64,000 bases of DNA from Pseudomonadota bacterium (GTDB taxonomy: Bacteria; Pseudomonadota; Gammaproteobacteria; JAKAQQ01). The DNA lies in assembly GCA_027365475.1 (NCBI GenBank), contig DAHXNI010000012.1:3456-67455 (forward strand). The letters are read 5' to 3'. The notes under the pieces were generated by a model that saw nothing but the letters and a program-made list of their open reading frames with translations, was not told the origin of the DNA and did no database searches. Numbering within the stretch: the first letter of the stretch is position 1; the number at the start of each line of letters is the position of its first letter. Of the stretch, positions 9,461 to 18,094 are shown in pieces. A program made the translations under genes and the position numbers.

Positions 9461-11050
9461 GTGTCTGAGCCATCCGTCTGGGCAGTCGATTTTGCGGCCC
9501 GATTCCAAGAGCCTGCGGTGGCCGTTCGTGCCAGTGGCCAACCAGTGCGGGTATCCCAGTACCGGCTGTCTGTTGCGCCAGAAGAATGGGGACGTGTCGC
9601 TGAAGAAGCAGCCCATGTGGGTCTGCGCTGGGGGGGACTTTGGGCCGAGGACCGTGATGCACGGATCGAACTGACCGTCGTGCTGGAGCAGTGCGGCATC
9701 TATCTCATGGTCCGGACCCGAACGACGGATCTCGCTCCATCGGTTGCGTCTCATACCGCGTACTACCCTGCAGCTGGCCGGTTCGAGCGTCGCTTGACGG
9801 ATCTGTTTGGGATCACGTTTAGGGGTCAGGCCGACTCTCGTCGCTGGATCCGGCATTTGGCCTGGTCCGAGAATGAGTTTCCATTGCGCAAAGCCTACAG
9901 TTTGGTGGGGCACGATGGGGCCGCGGTCCGGCCGGATTCGGGATATCCTTTTCTTGAGGCTCAAGGTGCTGGCGTATACGAAATCCCTGTCGGACCGATC
10001 CATGCAGGTATCATCGAACCCGGGCATTTTCGGTTCCAGGCGGTGGGCGAGTCAATCTTGAATCTCGAAGTGAGACTCGGATATGTGCACAAGGGCATTG
10101 AGAAAACTGCCGAAGGTCGCGATCCGGATGGTCTGGCCCGTCTTGCGGGACGTGTATCGGGAGATGCAACCGTGGCTCACACATGGGCAGCCTGCATGGC
10201 GATGGAGCGTGCGGCAGGCATTGAGGTACCCGTACGTGCGCTGGCCTTGCGTGCGATCCTGGCGGAACGGGAACGGATCAGCAATCATCTGGGGGATATC
10301 GGTTCGATCTGCGGCGATGTCGGTTTCGCGTTCGGACAGTATCAGTTCGGGCGGTTGCGGGAACGCTGTCTGAGACTTCATGCGGAACTGTTCGGGCATC
10401 GGTTGGCGATGGATACGGTCGTCCCGGGTGGCGTGCAACCTGATTTACCGACTGACGGTGCGCATCGCTTGTTGGAAGACGGCATTGAGCTTAGACAGGA
10501 GCTTGAGGAGCTCAATGCCATTCTGAGCGAGAATTCCTCACTTCAGGACCGATGGTGCATGACGGGCATCCTTCCCACCGAGACGGCACGGATGCTCGGT
10601 GTCTTGGGATATGTCGCTCGCGCGAGTGGGGTCGATTTCGACCTCCGCCGGGATGTGCCTTACGCACCATACGATACCCTCAAGGTGCGTGTGCCGATAG
10701 CGACTGTGGGTGACGTGGCTGCACGAGTTCGGGTTCGTCAGGAAGAAATCGATGTGGCGCTGGGCCTCATTGATGAGCTGGTCAGCGTGTTGCCGGGAGG
10801 CCCCTGCCGGGTGCCGTGGTCGGTGCCCGCTTCGGACGCAGAGGGGTTGGGGTGTGTGGAAGGCTGGCGCGGCGAACATCTGGCTTATGTGCGTTTCGGG
10901 CCGGATAACACCATCGCCCGGTACTACCCCCGGGATCCGAGCGTGTTCAACTGGCAAGCACTGGAAAAGCTGATCATCGGTAACATCGTGCCGGATTTTC
11001 CGGTATGCAATAAATCCCTGAACGGGTCGTACTCCGGACATGATCTCTGA
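9461..11050 (+). CDS. NuoC-NuoD/HycE-HyfG-like large subunit lacking the [NiFe] cysteine ligands (Ehr large-subunit-like)
   Basis: PVGPIHAGIIEPGHFRF, RLGYVHKGIEK and ERERISNHLGD are conserved. The ligand motifs read RVSGDATVAH and SLNGSYSGHDL-stop instead of RVCGICxxxH and SLDPCxxCxDR. Confidence 0.85.
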   Translation: MSEPSVWAVDFAARFQEPAVAVRASGQPVRVSQYRLSVAPEEWGRVAEEAAHVGLRWGGLWAEDRDARIELTVVLEQCGIYLMVRTRTTDLAPSVASHTAYYPAAGRFERRLTDLFGITFRGQADSRRWIRHLAWSENEFPLRKAYSLVGHDGAAVRPDSGYPFLEAQGAGVYEIPVGPIHAGIIEPGHFRFQAVGESILNLEVRLGYVHKGIEKTAEGRDPDGLARLAGRVSGDATVAHTWAACMAMERAAGIEVPVRALALRAILAERERISNHLGDIGSICGDVGFAFGQYQFGRLRERCLRLHAELFGHRLAMDTVVPGGVQPDLPTDGAHRLLEDGIELRQELEELNAILSENSSLQDRWCMTGILPTETARMLGVLGYVARASGVDFDLRRDVPYAPYDTLKVRVPIATVGDVAARVRVRQEEIDVALGLIDELVSVLPGGPCRVPWSVPASDAEGLGCVEGWRGEHLAYVRFGPDNTIARYYPRDPSVFNWQALEKLIIGNIVPDFPVCNKSLNGSYSGHDL

Positions 11051-11119
11051 ATTCCATCGATCCAGTCATGGGGCGCGGGCCGGTACAGGTGTTCCGGATT
11101 TCTCGCGAGGTCGTCAAAC

Positions 11120-11644
11120 ATGTTCCGCCTATTAAACAAAATCCACCGTGTGGGCGGGGTGAGCGAGCCACTTGTGCAAGAATCAGGGGGCCTGGCCTTT
11201 GAGGCCGTGGGGGCGCGTCTCAGGGAGGCCGTGGGGCAGCGGTTCCGAGGCAGTTTGGCGATCCGAGAAGTGGATGCCGGTTCCTGTAACGGCTGTGAAC
11301 TTGAGATTCACGCGCTCAACAATGTGTATTACAGCATCGAGCGATACGGTATCCATTTCGTCGCTTCGCCGCGTCACGCCGATCTGCTTTTGGTCACGGG
11401 CCCTGTCTCGCGGCACATGCAAGCGGCACTCTTGAGCGCCTATGTCGCCATGCCTGAACCGAAACTGGTGCTCGCGATCGGCAATTGCGGCGCGGATGGA
11501 GGGGAGTTCGGAACGTCCTACGCAAGCTGCGGTGCGGTCCAGAATGTCATCCCGGTGGACGGCATCATCCGCGGTTGTCCACCCACGCCGCTCGCGCTCA
11601 TGCGAGGAATCCTCTCCCTCATCGATCGGAAAACACCTGGGTGA
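11120..11644 (+). CDS. NuoB/HycG/HyfI-like small subunit, [4Fe-4S] ligands retained
   Basis: GSCNGCELE, ASPRHADLLLVTG, GNCG and GCPPTP blocks are present, giving four candidate cluster cysteines. Confidence 0.85.
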   Translation: MFRLLNKIHRVGGVSEPLVQESGGLAFEAVGARLREAVGQRFRGSLAIREVDAGSCNGCELEIHALNNVYYSIERYGIHFVASPRHADLLLVTGPVSRHMQAALLSAYVAMPEPKLVLAIGNCGADGGEFGTSYASCGAVQNVIPVDGIIRGCPPTPLALMRGILSLIDRKTPG

Positions 11645-11655
11645 ATCGGGAGTTT

Positions 11656-11712
11656 CGATGGGGTGCCTGCTGGAAGGATGCAACGGCGCACATCGATCCA
11701 TCGGGATTTTTT
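11656..11712 (+). terminator. Weak candidate intrinsic terminator after the Hyf-like operon
   Basis: CGATGG (11656-11661) pairs with CCATCG (11698-11703), with internal GTGC/GCAC pairing, followed by GGATTTTTT (T-run 11707-11712). The stem is imperfect. Confidence 0.25.
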
Positions 11713-11745
11713 GCAAATTAGCGCCATTCCACGTAAGGTAGGGGT

Positions 11746-12120
11746 GAAACGCAGAGTGGACTAGACAGTCGCTCCGTCTTTGGGCGGAGAGGAAAGTCCG
11801 GGCTCCACGGATCAGGGCGCCAGGTAACGCCTGGGGGGCGCGAGCCTACGGAAAGTGCCACAGAAAAGATACCGCCGAAACGTCGCAAGGCGTTGGCAAG
11901 GGTGAAATGGTGCGGTAAGAGCGCACCGCGCTGCCGGTAACGGCAGTGGCAGGGTAAACCCCGCCCGGAGCAAGACCGAATAGGGGGGCAGGTCGCCTCA
12001 AAAACGACACGTGTGATCCGCACGGCTCCCGGGTTGGTCGCTTGAGTGCAACGGTGACGTTGCATCGAGATGCATGGCTGTCCGCGACAGAACCCGGCTT
12101 ATCGGCCCACTCTGCGTTTC
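11746..12120 (+). ncRNA. rnpB: RNase P RNA, bacterial type A
   Basis: Near-identical universal blocks are present: GAGGAAAGTCCGGGCTCC, CAGGTAACGCCTGGG, GGTAAGAGCGCACC and ACAGAACCCGGCTTA. P1 pairing is GAAACGCAGAGTGG (5') with CCACTCTGCGTTTC (3'). Confidence 0.92.
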
Positions 12121-12179
12121 CTCACGAACGCTACTGCTGCATCTCGTATCCCTGGGTACGTTAGAAATGCCGGGGCGTG

Positions 12180-12911
12180 TTATGGAGTCGAGCAGCGAAC
12201 CTGCGTATCAAAACTGAGATGGATGTTCGCCTCGTGCCGGACCAAAGGCATCGACTGGGCGGGTTTCGGCCGGATCGATGCGCTCATGGTGAGAAGCGGG
12301 CGGAACGTCTCAGGGCGCGGCGCACGCAGGATCTCAATGTGGAGAATATCTGACCGGGCATAGCCGAGGGCCTGACAGGCCTTTTGTGCGATCTTTTTGA
12401 TCCGTTTAAAGCCTGTGACGATGAGATGCTCGCGGGCCCGATTCACTCCGAGCGGCTGATAGTTGATGGTGGGGTCGATGAGACGGGTTTCGAGCTGGCC
12501 GATGAGCTGACTGATGAGCGTGAGATTCCGTGTGCGGAGGGTGATGGATCCGGTGGCAAGCCATTGCCGGATTTGCCCGTTGACCCAGTTAATCGGCACG
12601 GTCCCGAGGCGGTTGATGAAGAAATGGATCTCACTTTGCACCGGTTTGAGCTGCGTGACAGCCCAGCGCAGGTTCCGATTCATTTCGATTTGGGCGCGAT
12701 GGGGGGTGGGTGCGCGGCTTTGCGCCGTGAGGGTTGCCTTGAGTTCGGTCGGGACATGCGTTTTCAGGCTGAGGTCAAAGCTGATGGTCGGGCCCGTGCG
12801 TGTCGCGGCCCAAGTGGTTCCTGCGAACGTCAGGATTGCGACGAGCGCGAAAGTTCCCGTCAGTTTCCGGACGACTGGACAGGTTGATCTTGATTGACAA
12901 TTGGAAATCAC
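12180..12911 (-). CDS. Secreted SIMPL/DUF541-like protein (tentative)
   Basis: 243 aa ORF with a signal-peptide-like segment (LTGTFALVAILTFAGTTWA). The C-terminal AREHLIVTGFKRIKKIAQKACQALGY block resembles the SIMPL family. The family call is weak. Confidence 0.4.
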   Translation of the reverse strand: MISNCQSRSTCPVVRKLTGTFALVAILTFAGTTWAATRTGPTISFDLSLKTHVPTELKATLTAQSRAPTPHRAQIEMNRNLRWAVTQLKPVQSEIHFFINRLGTVPINWVNGQIRQWLATGSITLRTRNLTLISQLIGQLETRLIDPTINYQPLGVNRAREHLIVTGFKRIKKIAQKACQALGYARSDILHIEILRAPRPETFRPLLTMSASIRPKPAQSMPLVRHEANIHLSFDTQVRCSTP

Positions 12912-13184
12912 GCGCCGCTCCCTTGGGCCTCCTGAATGATGAGCCTAATCTGGATTCCGAGACAACTCAAGCCTTGGAAGGGTTCCCGGCTGCTTCTCGT
13001 GGGAACGGGATCTCGGTCCCTAAAGCTTGCGCCATTGGCGAAGGAAGGCCCAGGATGCATTCGGAGCGGGTTTTGGAGGGTGCATGGGGTATTTTTGTAA
13101 CTTTATGATATTATTAATAAAATAAAAAAACCGGATCGGTTCTTCAAAGCTTTTCGGCCAAAACTCAAACAGGGGTTTGCAGTT

Positions 13185-13214
13185 GTGGTAAAAAGTGGTA
13201 AAAACTGGGATAGC
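13185..13214 (+). promoter_or_regulatory. Candidate MraZ operator: three direct repeats at 10-bp phasing
   Basis: GTGGTAAAAA / GTGGTAAAAA / CTGGGATAGC at 13185, 13195 and 13205, ending 21 nt upstream of the mraZ start. The pattern resembles the TGGGN repeats bound by E. coli MraZ. Confidence 0.5.
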
Positions 13215-13234
13215 GAGCACAACGGGAGCCGATT

Positions 13235-13690
13235 TTGTACCGTGGCGTCAATCAGGTGGCATTGGATGGGAAGGGCCGTCTCGCGGTCCCGACCCGCTAC
13301 CGCCGCGCCCTGTCCGAGACGTGTCAGGGTGCGCTCGTTTTCACGGTCGATCGGGATGAGTGCCTGCTGCTCTATCCCCTGCCGGAATGGGAACAAGTAG
13401 AAGCGCAGCTTTCGGCCCTGCCCAATCTGGATCGTCAGACCCGTCGCTTGCAGCGGCTTCTGCTCGGCCATGCCACTGAAGTCGTCATGGATTCACACGG
13501 GCGCATCCTCGTGCCTCCGCCACTCCGCACCTTCGCGAGACTCGATCATCGAACAGTCTTGATTGGACAGGGGAACAAGTTCGAGCTCTGGGATGAGTCA
13601 CGCTGGACTGAGAACCGGAGTGTCTGGCTTGCGGAAGGCATGCCAGCGGGTACGGACCTGCCCACCGAACTCGCCAACCTGCGGTTATGA
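13235..13690 (+). CDS. mraZ: Transcriptional regulator MraZ
   Basis: TTG start with GGGAG 7 nt upstream. The sequence MYRGVNQVALDGKGRLAVPTRYR and a duplicated SpoVT-AbrB-like half are present. Confidence 0.9.
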   Translation: MYRGVNQVALDGKGRLAVPTRYRRALSETCQGALVFTVDRDECLLLYPLPEWEQVEAQLSALPNLDRQTRRLQRLLLGHATEVVMDSHGRILVPPPLRTFARLDHRTVLIGQGNKFELWDESRWTENRSVWLAEGMPAGTDLPTELANLRL

Positions 13691-13702
13691 GGCCCCCTGC
13701 CC

Positions 13703-14626
13703 GTGGAAATCACCCACGCTCCCGTCCTGGTCGAGGAGGTGGTGAGATCCCTCGTTGGGGATCCCGCCGGAATCTACATCGATGCGACCTATGGACGCGG
13801 CGGACATACCCGGGCGCTGCTCGCGGTACTCGATCCATCGGCGCGCCTGCTGGTATGCGACCGCGATCCCGAGGCTTTGGAGCATGCCCGGCACAACTTC
13901 GCAGGAGATGCCCGAGTACAAGTGTTGCAGGGTCGATTTTCAAATCTCAGCCACTGGCTCGAGGCTGAAGGGGTGATGGGTCAGATCCAGGGCATTGTTT
14001 TCGATCTCGGGGTCTCTTCGCCTCAGTTCGCGGATCCCCGACGTGGATTTTCATTTCAGACCGACGGCCCACTCGACATGCGCATGAGCCCGGATGCAGG
14101 GCGAAGTGCTGCCGACTGGCTGTCGCGCGTGAATCTGCCGGAACTCGAGCGGGTCATCTGGGAGTGGGGTGAGGAGCGTTATGCCCGACGCATTGCCCGG
14201 GCGATCATCTCTGAACGGCGCGCCGGGAAAGGGGAGTGGACTACTGGACGTCTCGCCCAACTCATCGCCCGTACGGTTCCGCGGCGAGAGCGTGACAAAC
14301 ATCCCGCAACTCGGACATTCCAAGCCATCCGCATTGCGGTTAATGAAGAACTTCTGGAGCTTGAGACGACTCTGCCGCAGGCAGCCCGTTCGCTTAGGAT
14401 CGGCGGACGCCTTCTGGTCGTGAGTTTCCATTCGCTTGAGGACCGGATCGTCAAGCACTTTTTCAGGGATCACCGGGAACCGCGCCAATCTTCCCCGGAT
14501 TCCCCGTCCCCGCACGAGTTTCGAGTGAAATCGCTGGGCCGGCCCGTGCGTCCGACGGTGCTTGAATGCCGCAACAATCCAAGGGCGCGGAGCGCCATCC
14601 TCCGGTTGGGAGAGCGGGTTTCATGA
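13703..14626 (+). CDS. rsmH: 16S rRNA (cytosine1402-N4)-methyltransferase
   Basis: HAPVLVEEV, DATYGRGGH, FDLGVSSPQ and SFHSLEDRIVK motifs. Confidence 0.92.
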   Translation: MEITHAPVLVEEVVRSLVGDPAGIYIDATYGRGGHTRALLAVLDPSARLLVCDRDPEALEHARHNFAGDARVQVLQGRFSNLSHWLEAEGVMGQIQGIVFDLGVSSPQFADPRRGFSFQTDGPLDMRMSPDAGRSAADWLSRVNLPELERVIWEWGEERYARRIARAIISERRAGKGEWTTGRLAQLIARTVPRRERDKHPATRTFQAIRIAVNEELLELETTLPQAARSLRIGGRLLVVSFHSLEDRIVKHFFRDHREPRQSSPDSPSPHEFRVKSLGRPVRPTVLECRNNPRARSAILRLGERVS

Positions 14627-14895
14627 GAACCCCGACGATCCTGTCGATTTTTCTCGCGATCGCCTTGCTGGCCAGCGCGCTCCTCGTGGTTCAGGCGACC
14701 TATGAGCACCGGAGCCGACTGGCTGAGCTCATCCATCTCCGCTCGCTGCATGACCTCGCGGAGGCGCGCCGGATGCAACTCATGCTCCAGAAAAGCACCC
14801 TCACCAACCATGCCCGGATCGCACGGCTCGCCAAGCACGAGTTCGGCATGCATCCCCCGCGCCGGATCCGGCTGATCCTGGTCCGGAAACCATGA
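14623..14895 (+). CDS. ftsL: Cell division protein FtsL
   Basis: ATGA overlap with rsmH at 14623-14626. It is a 90 aa single-TM plus coiled-coil protein in the canonical position. Confidence 0.8.
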   Translation: MRTPTILSIFLAIALLASALLVVQATYEHRSRLAELIHLRSLHDLAEARRMQLMLQKSTLTNHARIARLAKHEFGMHPPRRIRLILVRKP

Positions 14896-16610
14896 CGTTG
14901 CCAGGCCGTTCCACGCAGTCGACCTCGATCCGCTGGTTTCTCCTGATCGCATTCTTCGCGCTTTTGGGTACCGGGCTGATCCTGCGTGCGCTCTGGCTCG
15001 AACTCGGCGCACGGACTTTCCTGCTGAAGCAGATGGCGGAACGGGATCTCAGGATCCTGACGCTTCCAGCACACCGGGGTCTCATCGTGGATCGTCATGG
15101 CGAACCGCTTGCCGTGAGTGCGCCCGTCGAGGATCTTTGTCTCGACCCCCGAGTGTTCATCCGGGAACGGGCTGATTGGGCACCTCTCGCCCGGATGCTC
15201 GGTTGGCCTGAGGGGCGTCTTGCGCGCGTCGTGGAGGCGTCCCGCCACGAGTATTTCCTTTATCTCAGGCGTGATCTCGATCCTTTTCGCGCCGAAAACA
15301 TCTTGGACCGTGGAATCCCAGGCGTATTCATGGTGCCCGCCGATGAGCGGTTCTACCCCGCCGGCGCGATTGCGAGCCAGCTCGTCGGCTACACGAATAT
15401 CGACGATCAAGGGCAGGGAGGCCTTGAGCTCGAGTTCAATCGCTGGCTCAGGGGCCGGGACGGACGCATGGAAGTGATCCAGAACGGGCGGGGACAGTCG
15501 GTCAGCGTGGTGCGGATTATTTCCCGCCCTCAACCGGGACGTATGCTGCGCACGAGTCTTGACCTGAGGCTCCAGTATCTCGCCTATCGGGCGCTGCGGA
15601 ACGAAATCAGCAAGGAAAACGCACGTTCCGGCTCGGTGGTCGTGGTCAGCCCGCAGAGCGGCGAGATTCTGGCCATGGCGAGTTTCCCATCCTTCAATCC
15701 GAACAACCGTGCCACGTTTATCCCAGCACATATGCGTGCGCGCGCTGCGACCGATATGTTTGAGCCTGGCTCCTCCTTCAAACCGTTCACAATCTCGGCA
15801 GCTCTGGTCAGCGGCCGTTATGAACCCTGGAGCCTCGTCAATACCGGCAACGGCGTTTTCCGGGTCGGGGATTACACGATCCGGGACGATGCGGACTGGG
15901 GCATCATCAATCTCACGACTCTGCTTGAGAAATCGAGCAACGTGGGAGCGGCCAAAATCGCGCTTTCGCTCCCCCGCCATTACCTCTGGCAAGCCTATCG
16001 CGACTTTGGGTTTGGACAGACGACGGGCACGGGCTTTCCTGGGGAATCACCCGGGCTTTTGCACCGCTGGTTCGAATGGCCGCCAGCCGCACACGCGGCC
16101 ATTGCCTATGGGTATGGGGTCTCCGTGACGGCGCTGCAGTTGGCGCGTGCCTACAGCGTGCTCGCAGATGGCGGTATCCGGCGCCCCCTCACCTTCCTCG
16201 ACCTTGTTCATCCGCCGCGTGGTCGGCGGGTCATTCCGGCCCGCCTGGCACACACCCTGCGTACCATGCTCGAGACCGTGGTTTCGCCGGCAGGAACGGG
16301 TTTCCGGGCGCAGATCCCTTATTACCGGGTCGCGGGGAAAACCGGGACGGCCCGCCTGTTCATTCATGGGCACTACTCGCGACGGGTTTACAACTCGGTG
16401 TTTGCGGGCATGGCGCCTGCCGGTCATCCCCGGTTTGTGGTGATCGTCATCATCAAGCACGCGACACGGGCCTATTTTGGAGGACTGGTCGCGGCACCCG
16501 TGTTTGCGAAGGTTATGCAGAGTGCGCTTCGGCTCTATGGGGTGGCTCCCTCCCATTGGCCAAAATCCACCCCGCCGATCATCCTGAATGACCGGGAGCC
16601 CGTGTCGTGA
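14892..16610 (+). CDS. ftsI: Peptidoglycan D,D-transpeptidase FtsI (PBP3)
   Basis: ATGA overlap at 14892. The SSFKP (SxxK), SSN and KTGT motifs are present. Confidence 0.92.
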   Translation: MTLPGRSTQSTSIRWFLLIAFFALLGTGLILRALWLELGARTFLLKQMAERDLRILTLPAHRGLIVDRHGEPLAVSAPVEDLCLDPRVFIRERADWAPLARMLGWPEGRLARVVEASRHEYFLYLRRDLDPFRAENILDRGIPGVFMVPADERFYPAGAIASQLVGYTNIDDQGQGGLELEFNRWLRGRDGRMEVIQNGRGQSVSVVRIISRPQPGRMLRTSLDLRLQYLAYRALRNEISKENARSGSVVVVSPQSGEILAMASFPSFNPNNRATFIPAHMRARAATDMFEPGSSFKPFTISAALVSGRYEPWSLVNTGNGVFRVGDYTIRDDADWGIINLTTLLEKSSNVGAAKIALSLPRHYLWQAYRDFGFGQTTGTGFPGESPGLLHRWFEWPPAAHAAIAYGYGVSVTALQLARAYSVLADGGIRRPLTFLDLVHPPRGRRVIPARLAHTLRTMLETVVSPAGTGFRAQIPYYRVAGKTGTARLFIHGHYSRRVYNSVFAGMAPAGHPRFVVIVIIKHATRAYFGGLVAAPVFAKVMQSALRLYGVAPSHWPKSTPPIILNDREPVS

Positions 16611-18094
16611 CGCCCCGTTCCTCACTTCGAGCCTGTCTCGCTGGCTTTGCGTCGGATCCGGTTCCCGACGAACCAGTCGATTCGTTTGTACTCGACAGTC
16701 ATGCGGCCATACCGGGCAGCGTATTTCTCGCGGTCCGGGGCGCGCAGAGACATGGACTCGAGTTCTTGGACGAAGCGCGAGGGCGTGGCGCCCGGATGGT
16801 TGTCTACGAGCCCGGGCCTGGTATCCGGGCTCCCGCTGGATTTCCGGCTGTTTCCGTGCCGGACTTGCGTCATCATGTGGGCGAAATCGCCGCCCGGTTT
16901 TACGGGAATCCGAGCGAGCACCTGACGATCGATGCGGTGACAGGAACCAACGGCAAGACCTCGGTGGCCTGGTTTCTCACTCAGGCGCTTGATCGTCTAG
17001 GAGAGCGGACGGCCTATCTCGGCACACTCGGTGCGGGTCTTTTGGGGGCGATCACACCGCAGGATCGCACCACTCCCGATCCGGTGGCTCTGCAGTTGCA
17101 ACTCGCGGAGTGGCTCAAGCGGGGCGTGACGGCTGTAAGTCTTGAAGCGTCCTCCCACGCGCTTGATCAGGGACGGCTTGCGGGAACCCGGATCACGCTT
17201 GGCCTGTTCAGCAATCTCACGCACGATCACCTGGATTATCACGGAGATCTCGTCCGCTATCGAGAGGCCAAATCAAAACTCTTCCGCGATTTCGCGCTTC
17301 AGGGTTCTGTTTTCAACGTGCGTGACCCGGTCGGACGCGATTTGGCCCGTCAGTTGGACCCGGATCGTCCTTTGATCCGTGTCGCACTGGAGCCCGTTCC
17401 GGCTTGGGCAGCCGACCTCTGGATCGACGCACCCATCGAACATCATCCGGACGGGATGCGCTTCCTGCTCCGGGATCGGACACAGGAAGTGCCCGTTACG
17501 ACACCCTTATGGGGACGCTTCAACATCGAAAACCTTCTGCTCGTGGCCGGCGCACTCCGGTTTCGGGGCCTTGACTTTCGGGCAATCGGTTCCCTGCTTG
17601 AGCAGCTCAGCCCTCCACCCGGGCGTTTCGAACGGTTTCAGGCTCCCGGTCGTCCGCTCGTCGTGGTCGATTATGCGCATACTCCGGATGCTCTGGAGCA
17701 GGCACTCGAGACACTCGCACAGGCGACCGTTGGGGAACTGACGGTCGTTTTCGGATGTGGCGGCGAACGCGATGCCCAAAAGCGGTCGATCATGGGTGCG
17801 ATTGCCGCCCGCCATGCCCGCCGGATCGTCCTGACCGATGACAACCCGCGCGGGGAGGATCCGGAAGAGATCACGGATGCCATCCGCACCGGGATTCCCA
17901 AGGCCGTGTGGGTGCGGATCGAGCATGACCGGAAACTTGCGATCCGCCTGGCGCTTGAGACGGCAGATCCGAAGGGTGCTGTTCTCGTCGCGGGCAAAGG
18001 CCACGAGACCACGCAGGTCGCAGGCGGCATCGAGAGTCCCCACTCAGACCGCATGGTGGTGGCCGAGTTGCTGGGCGTGGAGGCTCCGCGATGA
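16607..18094 (+). CDS. murE: UDP-N-acetylmuramoyl-L-alanyl-D-glutamate--2,6-diaminopimelate ligase
   Basis: GTGA overlap at 16607. VTGTNGKTS P-loop and DNPR motif. Confidence 0.92.
   Translation: MTPRSSLRACLAGFASDPVPDEPVDSFVLDSHAAIPGSVFLAVRGAQRHGLEFLDEARGRGARMVVYEPGPGIRAPAGFPAVSVPDLRHHVGEIAARFYGNPSEHLTIDAVTGTNGKTSVAWFLTQALDRLGERTAYLGTLGAGLLGAITPQDRTTPDPVALQLQLAEWLKRGVTAVSLEASSHALDQGRLAGTRITLGLFSNLTHDHLDYHGDLVRYREAKSKLFRDFALQGSVFNVRDPVGRDLARQLDPDRPLIRVALEPVPAWAADLWIDAPIEHHPDGMRFLLRDRTQEVPVTTPLWGRFNIENLLLVAGALRFRGLDFRAIGSLLEQLSPPPGRFERFQAPGRPLVVVDYAHTPDALEQALETLAQATVGELTVVFGCGGERDAQKRSIMGAIAARHARRIVLTDDNPRGEDPEEITDAIRTGIPKAVWVRIEHDRKLAIRLALETADPKGAVLVAGKGHETTQVAGGIESPHSDRMVVAELLGVEAPR

Noticed and set aside
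13125-13145. A hairpin, AACCG-GAT-CGGTT, adjacent to an A/T run. Read on the minus strand it looks like an intrinsic terminator.
   Set aside because: The stem is only 5 bp. There is also no minus-strand gene upstream of it to terminate, because mraZ and the dcw cluster are on the plus strand. It is more likely part of the AT-rich mraZ promoter region.
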